Below, piece after piece: positions 25,334-38,388 of a DNA stretch of 64,000 nucleotides (its first letter is position 1; each line of letters opens with the position of its first letter). The position numbers and the translations under genes were made by a program. Below the pieces are notes generated by a model, which saw nothing but the letters and a program-made list of their open reading frames with translations, had not been told where the DNA came from and did not search any database. The DNA comes from Ylistrum balloti (lineage: Eukaryota), in assembly GCF_031769215.1 (NCBI RefSeq), contig NW_026782196.1:806001-870000 (forward strand). Direction: 5' to 3'.

Positions 25334-28300
25334 TTATATCAACAAACTTGACATTGGTACCTTCATTACTGTGCTGATGTATATGTATCAGTATATGTCT
25401 CTCCCACCAAGTCTACAACCTGCGGTATCAAGATTGTCTTTCACACACCAGTATCTTTCCTCTCCAAATTACAAAATTACATATTACAGAGTAGATAAAT
25501 AGAAGGTTTATTAAAACTGAGCTGTTTACTCTTTCCTGAATGGTATTTTTTTCTGGATAATACAATGTTTTGATATTCTTGAGTTAAAATCAAAGTTCAT
25601 GCCATGAACAACTAATACTCACAGAACGAGATATACCCAGACAATGATATACGTGTGTTGGCATAATATTGTAGCACAACATTTAAAATAAAATCACTGA
25701 AAACATTAATCATGACCATAAACACAAAAACAAGCACACAAAGCAAGCTGGTAGCTACAGGTCCCTAGCTTTGTCCAACTGTAAACTCTCTATTCAAGTC
25801 CTTCAGCTACATTCTCAAAAAACATGTCAAACATTGTTTAACAAAGCTGTAGAATGGGTTTCCTTTGGCTATTGGGTAAAAGAAGTGTTTTAACTCTGTG
25901 AATATATAATCGTGAAGTTTTCTTCATTTTACCCATGAAATACAAGAGGAACCATACATTTATCTGGCAGTATAAAACACCTGTCATAAATACCTGTATA
26001 TCTGATAATATTATCAGGTTTAAAAAAAGAGAATAATTTCCCTTCCATTCCCCTATTTCCTCCTTGTTGAAAGTTTACCTCAGGAGCCCCTAGGTTTACT
26101 AAGATAAGGACTGATATTCCTATAACAGTCCCCCATTGATTTTTACTGGCTTATATATTTATACCACCAAAGGTATTTCTGTGGAGTAGTAACGGAAATG
26201 TGTACAAATCTTATCCCACACTCAGGAAAGCTCAACAGCTTGATAACGGTTTCTTAAATGATCATGTCCACACCTTCCACTGAGCAGGTAACATCTGCCA
26301 GTCAATAATGTATATATAGTACAGGAATATATTATATCAATGGAGACAGCCTGAATCGCACCAATCATTTTCATGGATAACTAACACCATGTAGTAAACT
26401 TCAAGCTTCCTTAGTGTTTTTGGTTGCCATTGAGCTATCTATATAACTACATATACAAGCCTATCATTCTGTGTCTATGCATATTTTTCTAGATTTACAA
26501 GCACATAAACAGAAAACATGTTATCACAATAAGACCACAGTAAATTGTTGAAGAGGCGGGTCACCACATAGTGAGAATAATTTAACTCCAATATAATACA
26601 ATCTCGATCATGATTCATTGATATTTAACACTGCAAACAAAAGACACCATGAACTGATCGTATACCTGTGTCTCCTCTCACATTTCTTCGGAGGTATTTA
26701 CATTGGCCAAGGGGAGTCAGATTTATGGCATGCTGCTTTTATTCTTTTGATTAAAACATTAATGTGCTAACATATGTATACCGTTTGTCAGATGATGTTC
26801 CAACTTGTCCTGATCCACAAAACATCATATATGTATCTACTGACTATATCAGAGCTGACATTTGACAGTATTACAACAGGGTAACATGACTCATACAATA
26901 TTACTGGTTTATAGTGGTTTTACATATAATTCAAATTTACATTGTGTTTTATGTTATTTCTATTCCAATAAATTCACAAAAACAAGTACAGTCATATCCA
27001 AAGTAGCATCAAGCTCTGTATAAACCATGAGGGGCGTGATTTGAGCACAGCGCATGGAAGAGGTAGGGGGGTCCACTAGGGATTACTTATGAGTAGGGTG
27101 TAGGTCGAGGGGAGTAGATTCAATGGTTCCACAGTAGTAGGAAAGTAAAAACAGAGCTCATACATTCAGGTGATATGAGACTCTGAGATTTTATATATTA
27201 CAGTGCCAGTGACCAAATATATAAGGAAGGTTAACCAGTACAATTCTCTGAACCGTTTCACCGATATAGATTTTCTGAAAACCCATTTACACACCTGATT
27301 TAAGAATTGTACTTTATTTAATATGTCAATCCTCTACTGCTGTAACCCATCATAATTTGTCTGCAAGCCTGGTGGACAATATACAGCTGGTATATATGTA
27401 TCTATACCAAACTGTCATTTATTTCAAATAAAAATATCAATGTCTAGAAAATGCAAAACTTGCAGGTGGTAAAAAATATCACGGACAAAAATACATTTAG
27501 CATTATAGAACAGGTTTACCTGGTTAGTAATTTATTCCCAGTCAAGATGATAAAATTTGACTTGAAATATTCTTCCTCAATTATAGGGAGATTAATTTGG
27601 ATGGTAGGACTACAGCTAAAATAGGTGAACACAGGGTGTTTTCAACATACTATTAATCACCTGTAGAAACTCTGTCACCTGCCTCTAATCACCACTATAC
27701 AGTAGAAAGGGTTGACAGCTGCCTGCTGGCAAGCTCATCTTCCTTGTATCCAAATGTAAAAAACGAAAGTGTGCATCTCAAATTTAACAATCAAAAACAA
27801 AACCTGCACAAAAGAATAATAATGTATGCCTACCTGTTTGTGGTTGGAAGTTTCAGACATCTTGCCAGGGTGCCAACACTTTAAAGAGATTTGTGTGCCT
27901 AGAGTTTTACCTGATAGGTAGCTCTGATAAAAGTTCCCAGCGATATGCAAACCCTTTATTATTGTGAGATTTTAAATTGAGAGGTTAAATGAACACGATT
28001 GGCCAGGCTGGTGAGGGTCTATAGAAGAGTGAGTATGTACCACATAGTACCTGTGAGTTGTATCACAGGATCAATGGTTCTGAATGGAGTGTAGTAGCAT
28101 GGAGCTTTGATGTTGTAGGGTAACATAGAGTCAAGGTCACCAGGTGAACTGTGGTGTGAAATCCCCCTACATTGTTGTTACCTGGGCAGCTATCATGTTA
28201 TCTTTCACCTGTGTACAGGTAAAAATGCCCTTAAGTTGTTTTCATTCATCTCCGGATTGTCCTGTTAGACAAAAGCAAGAAACTCTCCACCCTCATCAAT

Positions 28301-28746
28301 TCAAGCTGTTAATAGGAATAAAGACTATAATTAACACATGACCTGTGGTCATTCAGGGGGACAACAAACATCCTCCATAACAAAACCGGATAAGGATGAT
28401 GATTTGTTGTTTTTACTTAGCCTGTATCATAATATATAACTCTGAGAAATTAATTTTTGCCTTAAATAAACAGGGACATATATCATGATTATTACACATC
28501 CCTGAGACTTTTGATTCCATAACAATATTATATTTACCTCCATCAACAGACAGCTCACGTTATTAAAATGAAAAGATTTTTTTAGATACATATGGAACGG
28601 AACAAATGTATTATCCTCTATCTATAATTCCTTGACTGCATCATAGTACTTCTATCATTCATGTTAAGGATTATACTGACACTGTTAACAGTAAGCACAT
28701 TATCAACACCTGTTACCAAAATGTTGGCAGCATCACTTATTGAAGT

Positions 28747-28949
28747 NNNNNNNNNNNNNNNNNNNNNNNNNNNNNNNNNNNNNNNNNNNNNNNNNNNNNN
28801 NNNNNNNNNNNNNNNNNNNNNNNNNNNNNNNNNNNNNNNNNNNNNNNNNNNNNNNNNNNNNNNNNNNNNNNNNNNNNNNNNNNNNNNNNNNNNNNNNNNN
28901 NNNNNNNNNNNNNNNNNNNNNNNNNNNNNNNNNNNNNNNNNNNNNNNNN
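28747..28949. other. Assembly gap (203 N)
   Basis: Run of N bases. The true length of intron 1 is therefore uncertain. Confidence 1.
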
Positions 28950-29859
28950 CATCTGATCCTGTTTTACCTTGAAATATCATTCCCACTATGGACACCACTG
29001 GACAAGAGCTCAATAAAGCAATAACATACAATTGTGAAGGCCTAAAATTCACTCAAAATATGTTCTGCGGTAAAATCAGTGAAAAAGCCGATACAGGAGT
29101 TGTGGTTATTTTGAAATGATTATTTTTTGTGTTTCCTTTTCATTTCAGAATAAAAATTCCTTAAATTCTAGGTATACAGTGCAATAAAAATATTAGTATA
29201 AAAGGGAACATGTCAGCTTCATCATATACACAACTTCTTTCAATAAATGAATGAATTATACCGACACATGCCACATGAAACTTCAAATAATATTGAAACA
29301 TAAACTATAATGGAGGGATCCATCTAATTCTGTTTTATTAAATGGCACATTTAATATGATGGAGCAGGCACAAAAATAATCAGAAACCAAAGGGAGATAA
29401 ATGAGTTCCATTAGCCATGTAATCTGAAGTTATCTACAACATAAGTTGGAGGCGGTCCTACAGTGGAAGCCCTGTGAAGTGTAACTGGTGAGATTTGTTG
29501 GTGTTAATTTACAGCTGGTTTTCCACTATGAACTGACACAGGGTCTGGCCTAGAATCTGTATAGGGTTTCTAGCCCAGTGGCTTGGCTAGTACTGTGGAA
29601 ACCTAGTTGGTACACAGCCTGGTCTAGCTCCTGTTTGGCCTCAAGCCCCACACAGTTCTAGTTTAAGTACCTGTAGTCATGACTGTGGTACCACTGATAT
29701 CAAGGTCCTCGAGTGTATGTACTACATGTATATGATACTTTTAAGTATCTGATCTGCACTTTAGATGAATAATAATTGTGAGGGGAACTATATTAGTGAG
29801 GGTTGATACCTGGCCACCTGTAAGTAAGTGGCATCATTCTTTAGTACAATTGTGGCTTC

Positions 29860-30320
29860 ATCTCTGGCCCTCCTGTAAGTGTGTTTGACTCCATGGTACC
29901 ATTGAAGGTTGGTCCCTGGCCCTTCTGAAAGTGTGTGGCTTAACTCTATGGTACAATTCCAGGTTGGTCCCTGGCCCTTCTGAAAGTGTGTGGCTTGACT
30001 CTATGGTACCATTGAAGGTTGGTCCCTAGCCCTCCTGAAAGTGTGTGGCTTGACTCTATGGTACCATTGAAGGTTGGTCCCTAGCCCTCCTGAAAGTGCG
30101 TGGCTTGACTCTATGGTACCATTGAAGGTTGGTCCCTGGCCCTTCTGAAAGTGTGTGGCTTGACTCTATAGTACCATTGAAGGTTGGTCCCTGGCCCTTC
30201 TGAAAGTGTGTGGCTTGACTCTATAGTACCATTGAAGGTTGGTCCCTGGCCCTTCTGAAAGTGTGTGGCTCGACTCTATGGTACCATTGAAGTTTTGTCC
30301 CTGGCCCTCAATCTGAATGT
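29860..30320. repeat. 55-bp minisatellite (~8 copies)
   Basis: Unit ctatggtaccattgaaggttggtccctggcccttctgaaagtgtgtggcttgact. Confidence 0.96.
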
Positions 30321-30763
30321 GTGTCGCCGACTCCATAATATCATTGAGGCTTAATCAACATCTCAGGCTCTCCTTTAAGAATCTGCTGTCTTAACACTAT
30401 ATCATACATGGTAATTACCAGTAATGTGGCACCATGTGTAGCAAAATGAAAAAGAGCATCAGTGAAATAATTAACACACCCTACTTATAAAATTTCATGT
30501 GAAATGTTTACAGAGCTTGTAACATGGATCACCTGGTCAAAGTCAGGGTCGAATTGCGCAAAACATTGGAAATTTCCTCTTCTTACTGTAATATGTATAT
30601 ACAAATACACAGGCATGCAGCAATGCTGCAACCTGCTGCCATTACTGTATGTCTTGGAATGTAAGTTGATAAGGAACACAAACTAGAAAGTTAAAACATG
30701 TCCTGATGTATGAATAACTTAATGTGTAAAGAACAGACTGCAATGGAAATTTCCTCTCCATAA

Positions 30764-30915
30764 GGTAGTCTGGGAGTGAAATGGTAACACCCACTTCACA
30801 CCTAACTAACAGAGGTTTGATTCCCCGACTGAATGTGAAAAGGTACAGAGAGTTTCCAGCCCAATCGTATGTGTTTTCCTTGGGTACTCTGGTTTCCTCA
30901 TATACCAAAACACTC
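30764..30915 (+). mobile_element. Decayed tRNA-derived SINE, same family as the copy at 59095-59260
   Basis: B-box-like GGTTTGATTCC (30814-30824), then tgtgaaaaggta and gtgttttccttgggtactctggtttcctc. Aligns by eye with the reverse complement of the 59 kb copy. Confidence 0.75.
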
Positions 30916-31349
30916 ATATTTACTTTTTAATGATATTCTGTGAAGACACATTTTTTCCGTAATGCCTACATTTTCTGATTTGAAGGTGACTTTCTACAGC
31001 CAATGTCACTGTGACAGTAGTCTGTGAAATTGGAGCACCTGTCTGCTAGTGACTATATTACAAGACCCTGTGTACAGATTCATTCAACACATACACCTTA
31101 AAACCCAGTCTACCTGAAACCCCACATAATCCTAACTTAGGGTAATCAGGGTGTTTCACCATTCAGTGTAAGTGTTGTTAGGAACGTAATGTTAAGCATA
31201 TCTTAACACTTTAATCTGTACATATCACTCAGGTATATACAGAGTTATCCAACAGGTAATCCTAGAGTTAGTCAATACAATTACATAATGTAAATATAAC
31301 ACCACTTCCACCATTAATTTTTATCATGAAGGAGAAAAACACATTCCTG

Positions 31350-31414
31350 TTGAGTGCCCTGATAGGAATCGAACCCAGATCTTCGACATAATCCCTGGCT
31401 ATGCCACTCAAGCC
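31350..31414 (-). mobile_element. tRNA-like SINE head remnant
   Basis: Canonical B box GGTTCGATTCC (31365-31375, minus) with an A-box-like TGGCATAGCCAGG upstream. No complete cloverleaf evident. Confidence 0.5.
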
Positions 31415-31644
31415 TCAGAATCATGTTCCATGATACAGGCCACACCTATTCTCTCCTCTTACTAAACATGTGTCTAAGCTATACAGGTACTAAATCTACA
31501 GACAGACCAAAATATAGATATGTTAATATATATAAATGTACTAACAGCATGTAAGGATTAAGTTTACCAGTAATATTTTTTGTTAAAAGAAACCTGCTTA
31601 AGAGTAGCATTTGTACTGAAGTTCTGTATGCTGAAGGGTTCTTC

Positions 31645-32283
31645 CCATACTGACAACTAATGTCACGTAAACATCCCCATACTGACAACTGATGTCATGT
31701 AAACATTTCCATACTGACAACTGATGTCATGTAAACATTTCCATACTGACAACTGATGTCACGTAAACATCCCCATACTGACAACTGATGTCACGTAAAC
31801 ATCCCCATACTGACAACTGATGTCATGTAAACATTTCCATACTGACAACTGATGTCATGTAAACATTTCCATACTGACAACTGATGTCATGTAAACATCT
31901 CTATATTAACAGCTGATGTCATGTAAACATGTCCATACTGACAACTGATGTCAAGTAAACATCTCCATACTGACAACTGATGTCATGTAAACATTTCCAT
32001 ACTGACAACTGATGTCAAGTAAACATCTCCATACTGACAACTGATGTCATGTAAACATCCCCATATTGACAACTGATGTCATGTAAATATCCCCATACTG
32101 ACAACTGATGTCATGTAAACATCCCCATATTGACAACTGATGTCATGTAAATATCCCCATACTGACAACTGATGTCATGTAAACATCTCCATATTGACAA
32201 CTGATGTCATGTAAATATCCCCATACTGACAACTGATGTCATATAAACATCTCCATACTGACAACAGATGTCATGTAAACATC
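31645..32283. repeat. 32-bp minisatellite (~20 copies)
   Basis: Unit catactgacaactgatgtcatgtaaacatttc with internal TGACA-N5-TGTCA dyad. Confidence 0.97.
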
Positions 32284-35073
32284 TCTGTTATGAATAAATG
32301 ATATCAAGCAAGAAGTCAGTCGCCAGTCGCAGAATATGTATATATAATTATTTGCAGCTATCAGCACAAACAGTTCAAATAAAATCCATATGTCATTTAG
32401 GTATATATAGATATTGGTTAAGGTCATGTAAATAATATAGTCCCTATATTGAAATATTGATCTCCACACAAGGAACTGTAGGATCAATATTCTTTTCAAC
32501 AGATCAAACTACTGTAAAGGTGACTTAATAAATATACTTTAAAGGGAATATAAAGTTCCAGAAAGTCTGTACCATAGATTTGTGATACTTTATGATAATA
32601 TTATCAACAGTTAAAGCAAATATTCCATTGTCTGACTTTCCCCAGTACAATGGATGGATATGTCTGGCGGATAGGAATCAGAGAGATTATAAAGGTCTGT
32701 ATTAGAGTGCCCTATGTTTTCATACTGAGGATAAAAAAATCAAGATAAGGTGTATAAAGGTTAGACTAGGGATTTTACAGGTAACCAGAGGAAAGATAAA
32801 GTCTGTCAGATAAACAGATGTTTATGTTAGGTAATGTCAATTTTTTATAAAAAAAAAAACAGGCAAAATCAATCAATTACAGAATTTTGTGAGCACCAGA
32901 GTCGTTTAGAATATGTTAAAGGGCCACAGGGTTAAATAACTTATCAATAATTATGAATGTATAGCTGAAATAAAATAAAATCTTATATACAGTAAAGTAG
33001 AAAATTGTCAAGTTAAGTTGAACATACTTTTCATCATAAATTTTTGAGTAATGGTTTTTGTTTTATTTCCTCCCATTTATTACTATACTTAATAGTTATT
33101 TTATAACAATCTTTCCAGACAAACCAATGATACCAGGTTTGTGAAATTTCCTGAAATGAACAACATGTTGAACATGACATATGACAAAGGTTTTTAACTT
33201 TGATTCCATGCCATCGAAAACTGAGACATTTCCATAGAAAACTTCTATATTCACTCAATAAAATTCATTTTAAATTGCTATATAGCGAAACATGTATATA
33301 TAACATTACCATGCATTGTTATTTTAACATTATTTTATTGTCAAAAATAAATTAAAATCATGGTGCATACGTGTATACACCTCATTTCTTAGTGTGTAGT
33401 CCCATGGTATTAAAAACCTGGCAAATACTGCAAATTAAATGAGAGGAAAACCATATAAATTGAGATGTTTTTCCCTCGATAAGCTCTAGTTCGGACTAAA
33501 AATTTCTTCCACCTGTTTAACTATACTAGTTATAAAGTTTCTTAAACTGTAAACATTCAGAAATATTCCAATAAAATTTCTTTTATGAGTTCAAGCCATA
33601 CGTTCTGCATTAAATATTGCACCAGATTTCTTTTACTGCCAAACTTAGTGGTGTTCATCTCACTAAGTGCTTTGGAATGCTTTTTTTTAATTTCAATTTA
33701 AATGATGAAAGGTTGAAGTCATAGTTCATTTATACATCAATGTGCAACACTATCATCACTGCCAAAACACAATTCATCTGATTCCTTATCGTGTACACAA
33801 GAATGTAAACTTTTCTTTTCAAGGTTTCCTCATGATGTCCAATTGGCTTCAATTCTGATGTCTGCAAGATTCAAGATCCAGGGACCAGATCAAAGTTGAA
33901 GTTGAAAAGAGATTTCAGCCAACCTTGCATGAGACAAACATCACAAAAACAGTGCATTCCTTATCTCTAGAAGCTGTTATCGTTGATATTCATGATGTCC
34001 AATTTCTAAGTTTCTTTCTTGCTTTTTGCAAAATTTGGCGAATGAAGTAGTTTAAATATAGCATAACACAAGATTAATCTTCCCTGAAGAGTTTAAATGA
34101 GCAAAAATGAAACTAAGAAATCTGACATCATAGAGATCGATGTGATAACAAGATTCTAGAAATGAGGACCAGGGCTGTTGTGCTTACACTGTGTTTATAT
34201 TGAAGTTGTTTATAAAGGTAATGGTGCATTAATTACATATCATATATAATTTACATTTAAATTCCATATTGATCTTATGCTCCATTTCTGTGTTGAGTTT
34301 AAACTTGTTGGTAATTATTGTGTCAGCTGTATGTCACATAATTATGTAAAATTGTTTGATATGTATGAAATTCTACCGTTTAACAGTGAGCAGTGTATAG
34401 CTATTGGCTACCACAACATCTACAGTACAAGGAATATTGGGCTACATCACACAGGTTGTGATACACATGTAAGCAACACAGACATGAATATAGTCTATAG
34501 AAATGACAAGCAAACCAACAACTTGTTTCTGACATTCCAGACAGATCCAGAACAACATGGCTGTGTGCCAGCCATCTATGAATACTGCAAACCAGTTTCT
34601 GGTCCAGGCCATCAGGATTATACCAAACTCCTAACCGTATATGCTTGCACTGTCTGGCTTTGGTTAATCATATATTTTTCTTTGAAACTGTTTCTAGAAG
34701 AAGCAATGCTAGGACAGTAATCTGTTTTTCCGTTTGAAGAAAATTCTTGAAAATATTTCATTTTAGTTATTTTCAATGGTCAGAATTGCTATTAAACTGA
34801 CCTGTAATTAAAACTGGTCAAATACACATACCCTGGTACCTGCTTTACATGTATCATCCAGCTAGTATTTATAGTCTTAACCAATATATCAGTTATTATC
34901 AAAATATACTGATAATAGCAAGTTTATAATATAGGAAACATTCAAGATTATACCTCGTACAAAAGTCCATGATCAAGATGAAACAGGTGTATGTTAGATC
35001 TTCTAAAACAGAAACAAAAACAGGTTTAATTTCCTAAATCCACTACATCCTAAACCCAAACACAATCTAGATC

Positions 35074-36418
35074 ACAGACTCTCCCAGGTCAGGATTAACT
35101 GACAACAGGAGCTCACTACCATGTGAAACATATTCAGCTTGATGACAGACTCTCCCAGGTCAGGTTTAACTGACAACAGGAGCTTACTTCCATGTGAAAC
35201 ATATTCAGCTTGATGACAGACTCTCCCAGGTCAGGTTTAACTGACAGCAGGAGCTTACTACCATGTGAAACATTCAGCTTGATGACAGACTCTCCCAGGT
35301 CAGGTTTATCTGACAACAGGAGCTTACTACCATGTGAAACATATTCAGCTTGATCACAGACTCTCCCAGGTCAGGTTTAACTGACAACAGGAGCTTACTA
35401 CCATGTGAAACATATTCAGCTTGATCACAGACTCTCCCAGGTCAGGTTTAACTGACAACAGGAGCTTACTACCATGTGAAACATATTCAGCTTGATCACA
35501 GACTCTCCCAGGTCAGGTTTAACTGACAACAGGAGCTTACTACCATGTGAAACATATTCAGCTTGATGACAGACTCTCCCAGGTCAGGTTTAACTGACAA
35601 CAGGAGCTTACTACCATGTGAAACATATTCAGCTTGATGACAGACTCTCCCAGGTCAGGTTTAACTGACAACAGGAGCTTACTACCATGTGAAACATTCA
35701 GCTTGATGACAGACTCTCCCAGGTCAGGTTTAACTGACAACAGGAGCTCACTACCATGAGAAACATATTCAGCTTGATGACAGACTCTCCCAGGTCAGGA
35801 TTAACTGACAACAGGAGCTCACTACCATGTGAAACATATTCAGCTTGATCACAGACTCTCCCAGGTCAGGTTTAACTGACAACAGGAGCTTACTACCATG
35901 TGAAACATATTCAGCTTGATCACAGACTCTCCCAGGTCAGGTTTAACTGACAACAGGAGCTTACTACCATGTGAAACATATTCAGCTTGATGACAGACTC
36001 TCCCAGGTCAGGATTAACTGACAACAGGAGCTCACTACCATGTGAAACATATTCAGCTTGATGACAGACTCTCCCAGGTCAGGTTTAACTGACAACAGGA
36101 GCTTACTACCATGTGAAACATTCAGCTTGATGACAGACTCTCCCAGGTCAGGTTTAACTGACAACAGGAGCTTACTACCATGTGAAACATATTCAGCTTG
36201 ATCACAGACTCTCCCAGGTCAGGTTTAACTGACAACAGGAGCTTACTACCATGTGAAACATATTCAGCTTGATGACAGACTCTCCCAGGTCAGGTTTAAC
36301 TGACAACAGGAGCTTACTACCATGTGAAACATATTCAGCTTGATGACAGACTCTCCCAGGTCAGGTTTAACTGACAACAGGAGCTTACTACCATGTGAAA
36401 CATTCAGCTTGATGACAG
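35074..36418. repeat. 71-bp minisatellite (19 copies; four are 69-bp variants)
   Basis: Unit gacagactctcccaggtcaggtttaactgacaacaggagcttactaccatgtgaaacatattcagcttgat. Confidence 0.98.
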
Positions 36419-38365
36419 AAAACATGATATGTGGTTGGATATAGGAGAGGTAGAGAATTATACTTAAAATTAAGCTTTAATATTATAAATGTTGATCTGC
36501 CAGAAGTAAACAACCTGGTTAAGGTGTCATTGATTAAACAACTGTGTGACCCATCTATGCTAAGCAGCAGTCACACTTACTTGGACAAATACAGTAATTT
36601 TTTTTCCAGTTTTACTTACTTAAAGTACTAATGCAGTTAAAACAGGATGTATACTAGGAATATTTTCATTTACCCTAAACTCAAACACATATGTTGCCGA
36701 GTCTTTAATCTGCCATTTCAATTGGTTTTATTAAACACTAGTGTTGAACGGGAAGTATATACAGCACTTCATCAATAGACTTGAAGCTTCATCTTGATAA
36801 TGAGATAAAGTACACATGATTTGTACCATGGATTATTCTGAAATTATCAACTTTCCCTGTAATCAATACATTCTATTCTGTTATGGTAATTCAGACCAAT
36901 ACCCAGCTTTAGCCTCATTTGAATCACATGTAAGCTGCCATTTTGATAATGATCATTGAAGGATATATTTGGTCCTATTTACCGGTCATTTACAGGCCTG
37001 CTTACAGTGCCCAGTTATTGATTCTGTCTGGAGAGTCCAGAACCTTACTGGCGATACAGGAATGTCACCCCAGACACAGAGCAAACAGTATCAATGCTTT
37101 TACAGCTAAGTAAGCATAATAGTACCCCTACAGGACATAGTGAAATGAGTCTATAGGGCTCTAGCTAAAATACCATTGATTGTGTATACAGTCATGGAAA
37201 GTTCTCAATGGAACACTAGGGTTTCGTCAAAGAGCTGAAATTGGTCTTCAGAAGCATTGTATTGTCCTTGGAGGGATGACTATATGGCAGATGTAATGAG
37301 CCAGACAATGTATAATTCATTTGGTTATGGGGGAAACACTCTTTCAGAAGTCAAGATCTTGTTGATTTTCTTGTCAAAATTCTGCTTCCCTGCACAATGT
37401 TTTGAATATTTCAACTGCAGTGAATGTGTAACAGACAGGACACAGCTGTCATAGTATTAGTATATGTAAAGCCTGGTATTTCTGACCAGTAAGTATAACA
37501 GACAGCTTAAGTCCTCGTGAACATGTACAGCCAACTTGTTCAGAATCAATACATTTATTTTCAAATTCTATTCATGTTTCATGAGACGTGCTGCTGTTTA
37601 CTATCGCTGATTCACCTTCTTCTTTAGGCCAAATATATATAGGTGTGTTTATAAATCTTGAAAGTTGTTTTCAAAATTCTTAAATATTCTCTAAACAAGA
37701 ATGATTATAGAAAAATGACAGATAGAGGCAGCAAAACAGATAAGAAACAAATGTGTTTTTGATATGGCCTCATATGTTGCATTGTGGGTCTTGAATTTAC
37801 ATGACCAGGTTCTAGATCTCACCTACGATGATGAACTGAAGAAATCAATAATCATGCGTAATTAGTTTTGTAGTGTTTATTACAAAAGAGAAAGTCTCGG
37901 GTGTGAGCTGAGCATCTGTATCACATGCTGATTACAAATTATCGCAGTGTGAGTCATTCTCTGATTCATAAATGTCACAAAACACTACACTATAGTAATC
38001 TGAAACAATGATTGTCAACATACACAGGGTTAATACAGCTTAAAAACGGATATACCACGACAACAAGGATAAGCAAGCTAGCTAGGTCATGTAGCTATTA
38101 ACATACAAGTGTGAGATATTCTGATTTTGAATCAGTGTGTTCTCTGTGGAGGATAAGAATACTTAAGCTTACATGTTTCAGCACTAGGTTAAAGTTACAA
38201 AATGGCTCCACGCCACTCCATATCCCAGTCCTGACATTTCTGATTTTAATCCATCACTCAGTCAACAAGAAGCTTTAAGACGGATGTTCCTAATATAGCC
38301 CTTGTATTAGTGAAAATGGTTTTATCTACATTTCCTCCTTTGTATCACAGTACCTGATGGTATGA

Positions 38366-38388
38366 GGGGGTAGGGGGTGGGGGTGGGG
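38366..38388 (+). other. Strong G-quadruplex motif G5-TA-G5-T-G5-T-G4
   Basis: Sequence gggggtagggggtgggggtgggg read directly. Confidence 0.75.

Noticed and set aside
28618-29052. ORFs containing runs of X
   Set aside because: Artefacts of translating through the N gap.
31350-31414. Possible tRNA gene
   Set aside because: B box present, but no acceptor stem or anticodon arm could be folded; recorded as a SINE remnant instead.
34277-34720. 147-aa plus-strand ORF in intron 1, considered as a nested gene
   Set aside because: No recognisable motif or coding-like composition; compatible with chance.
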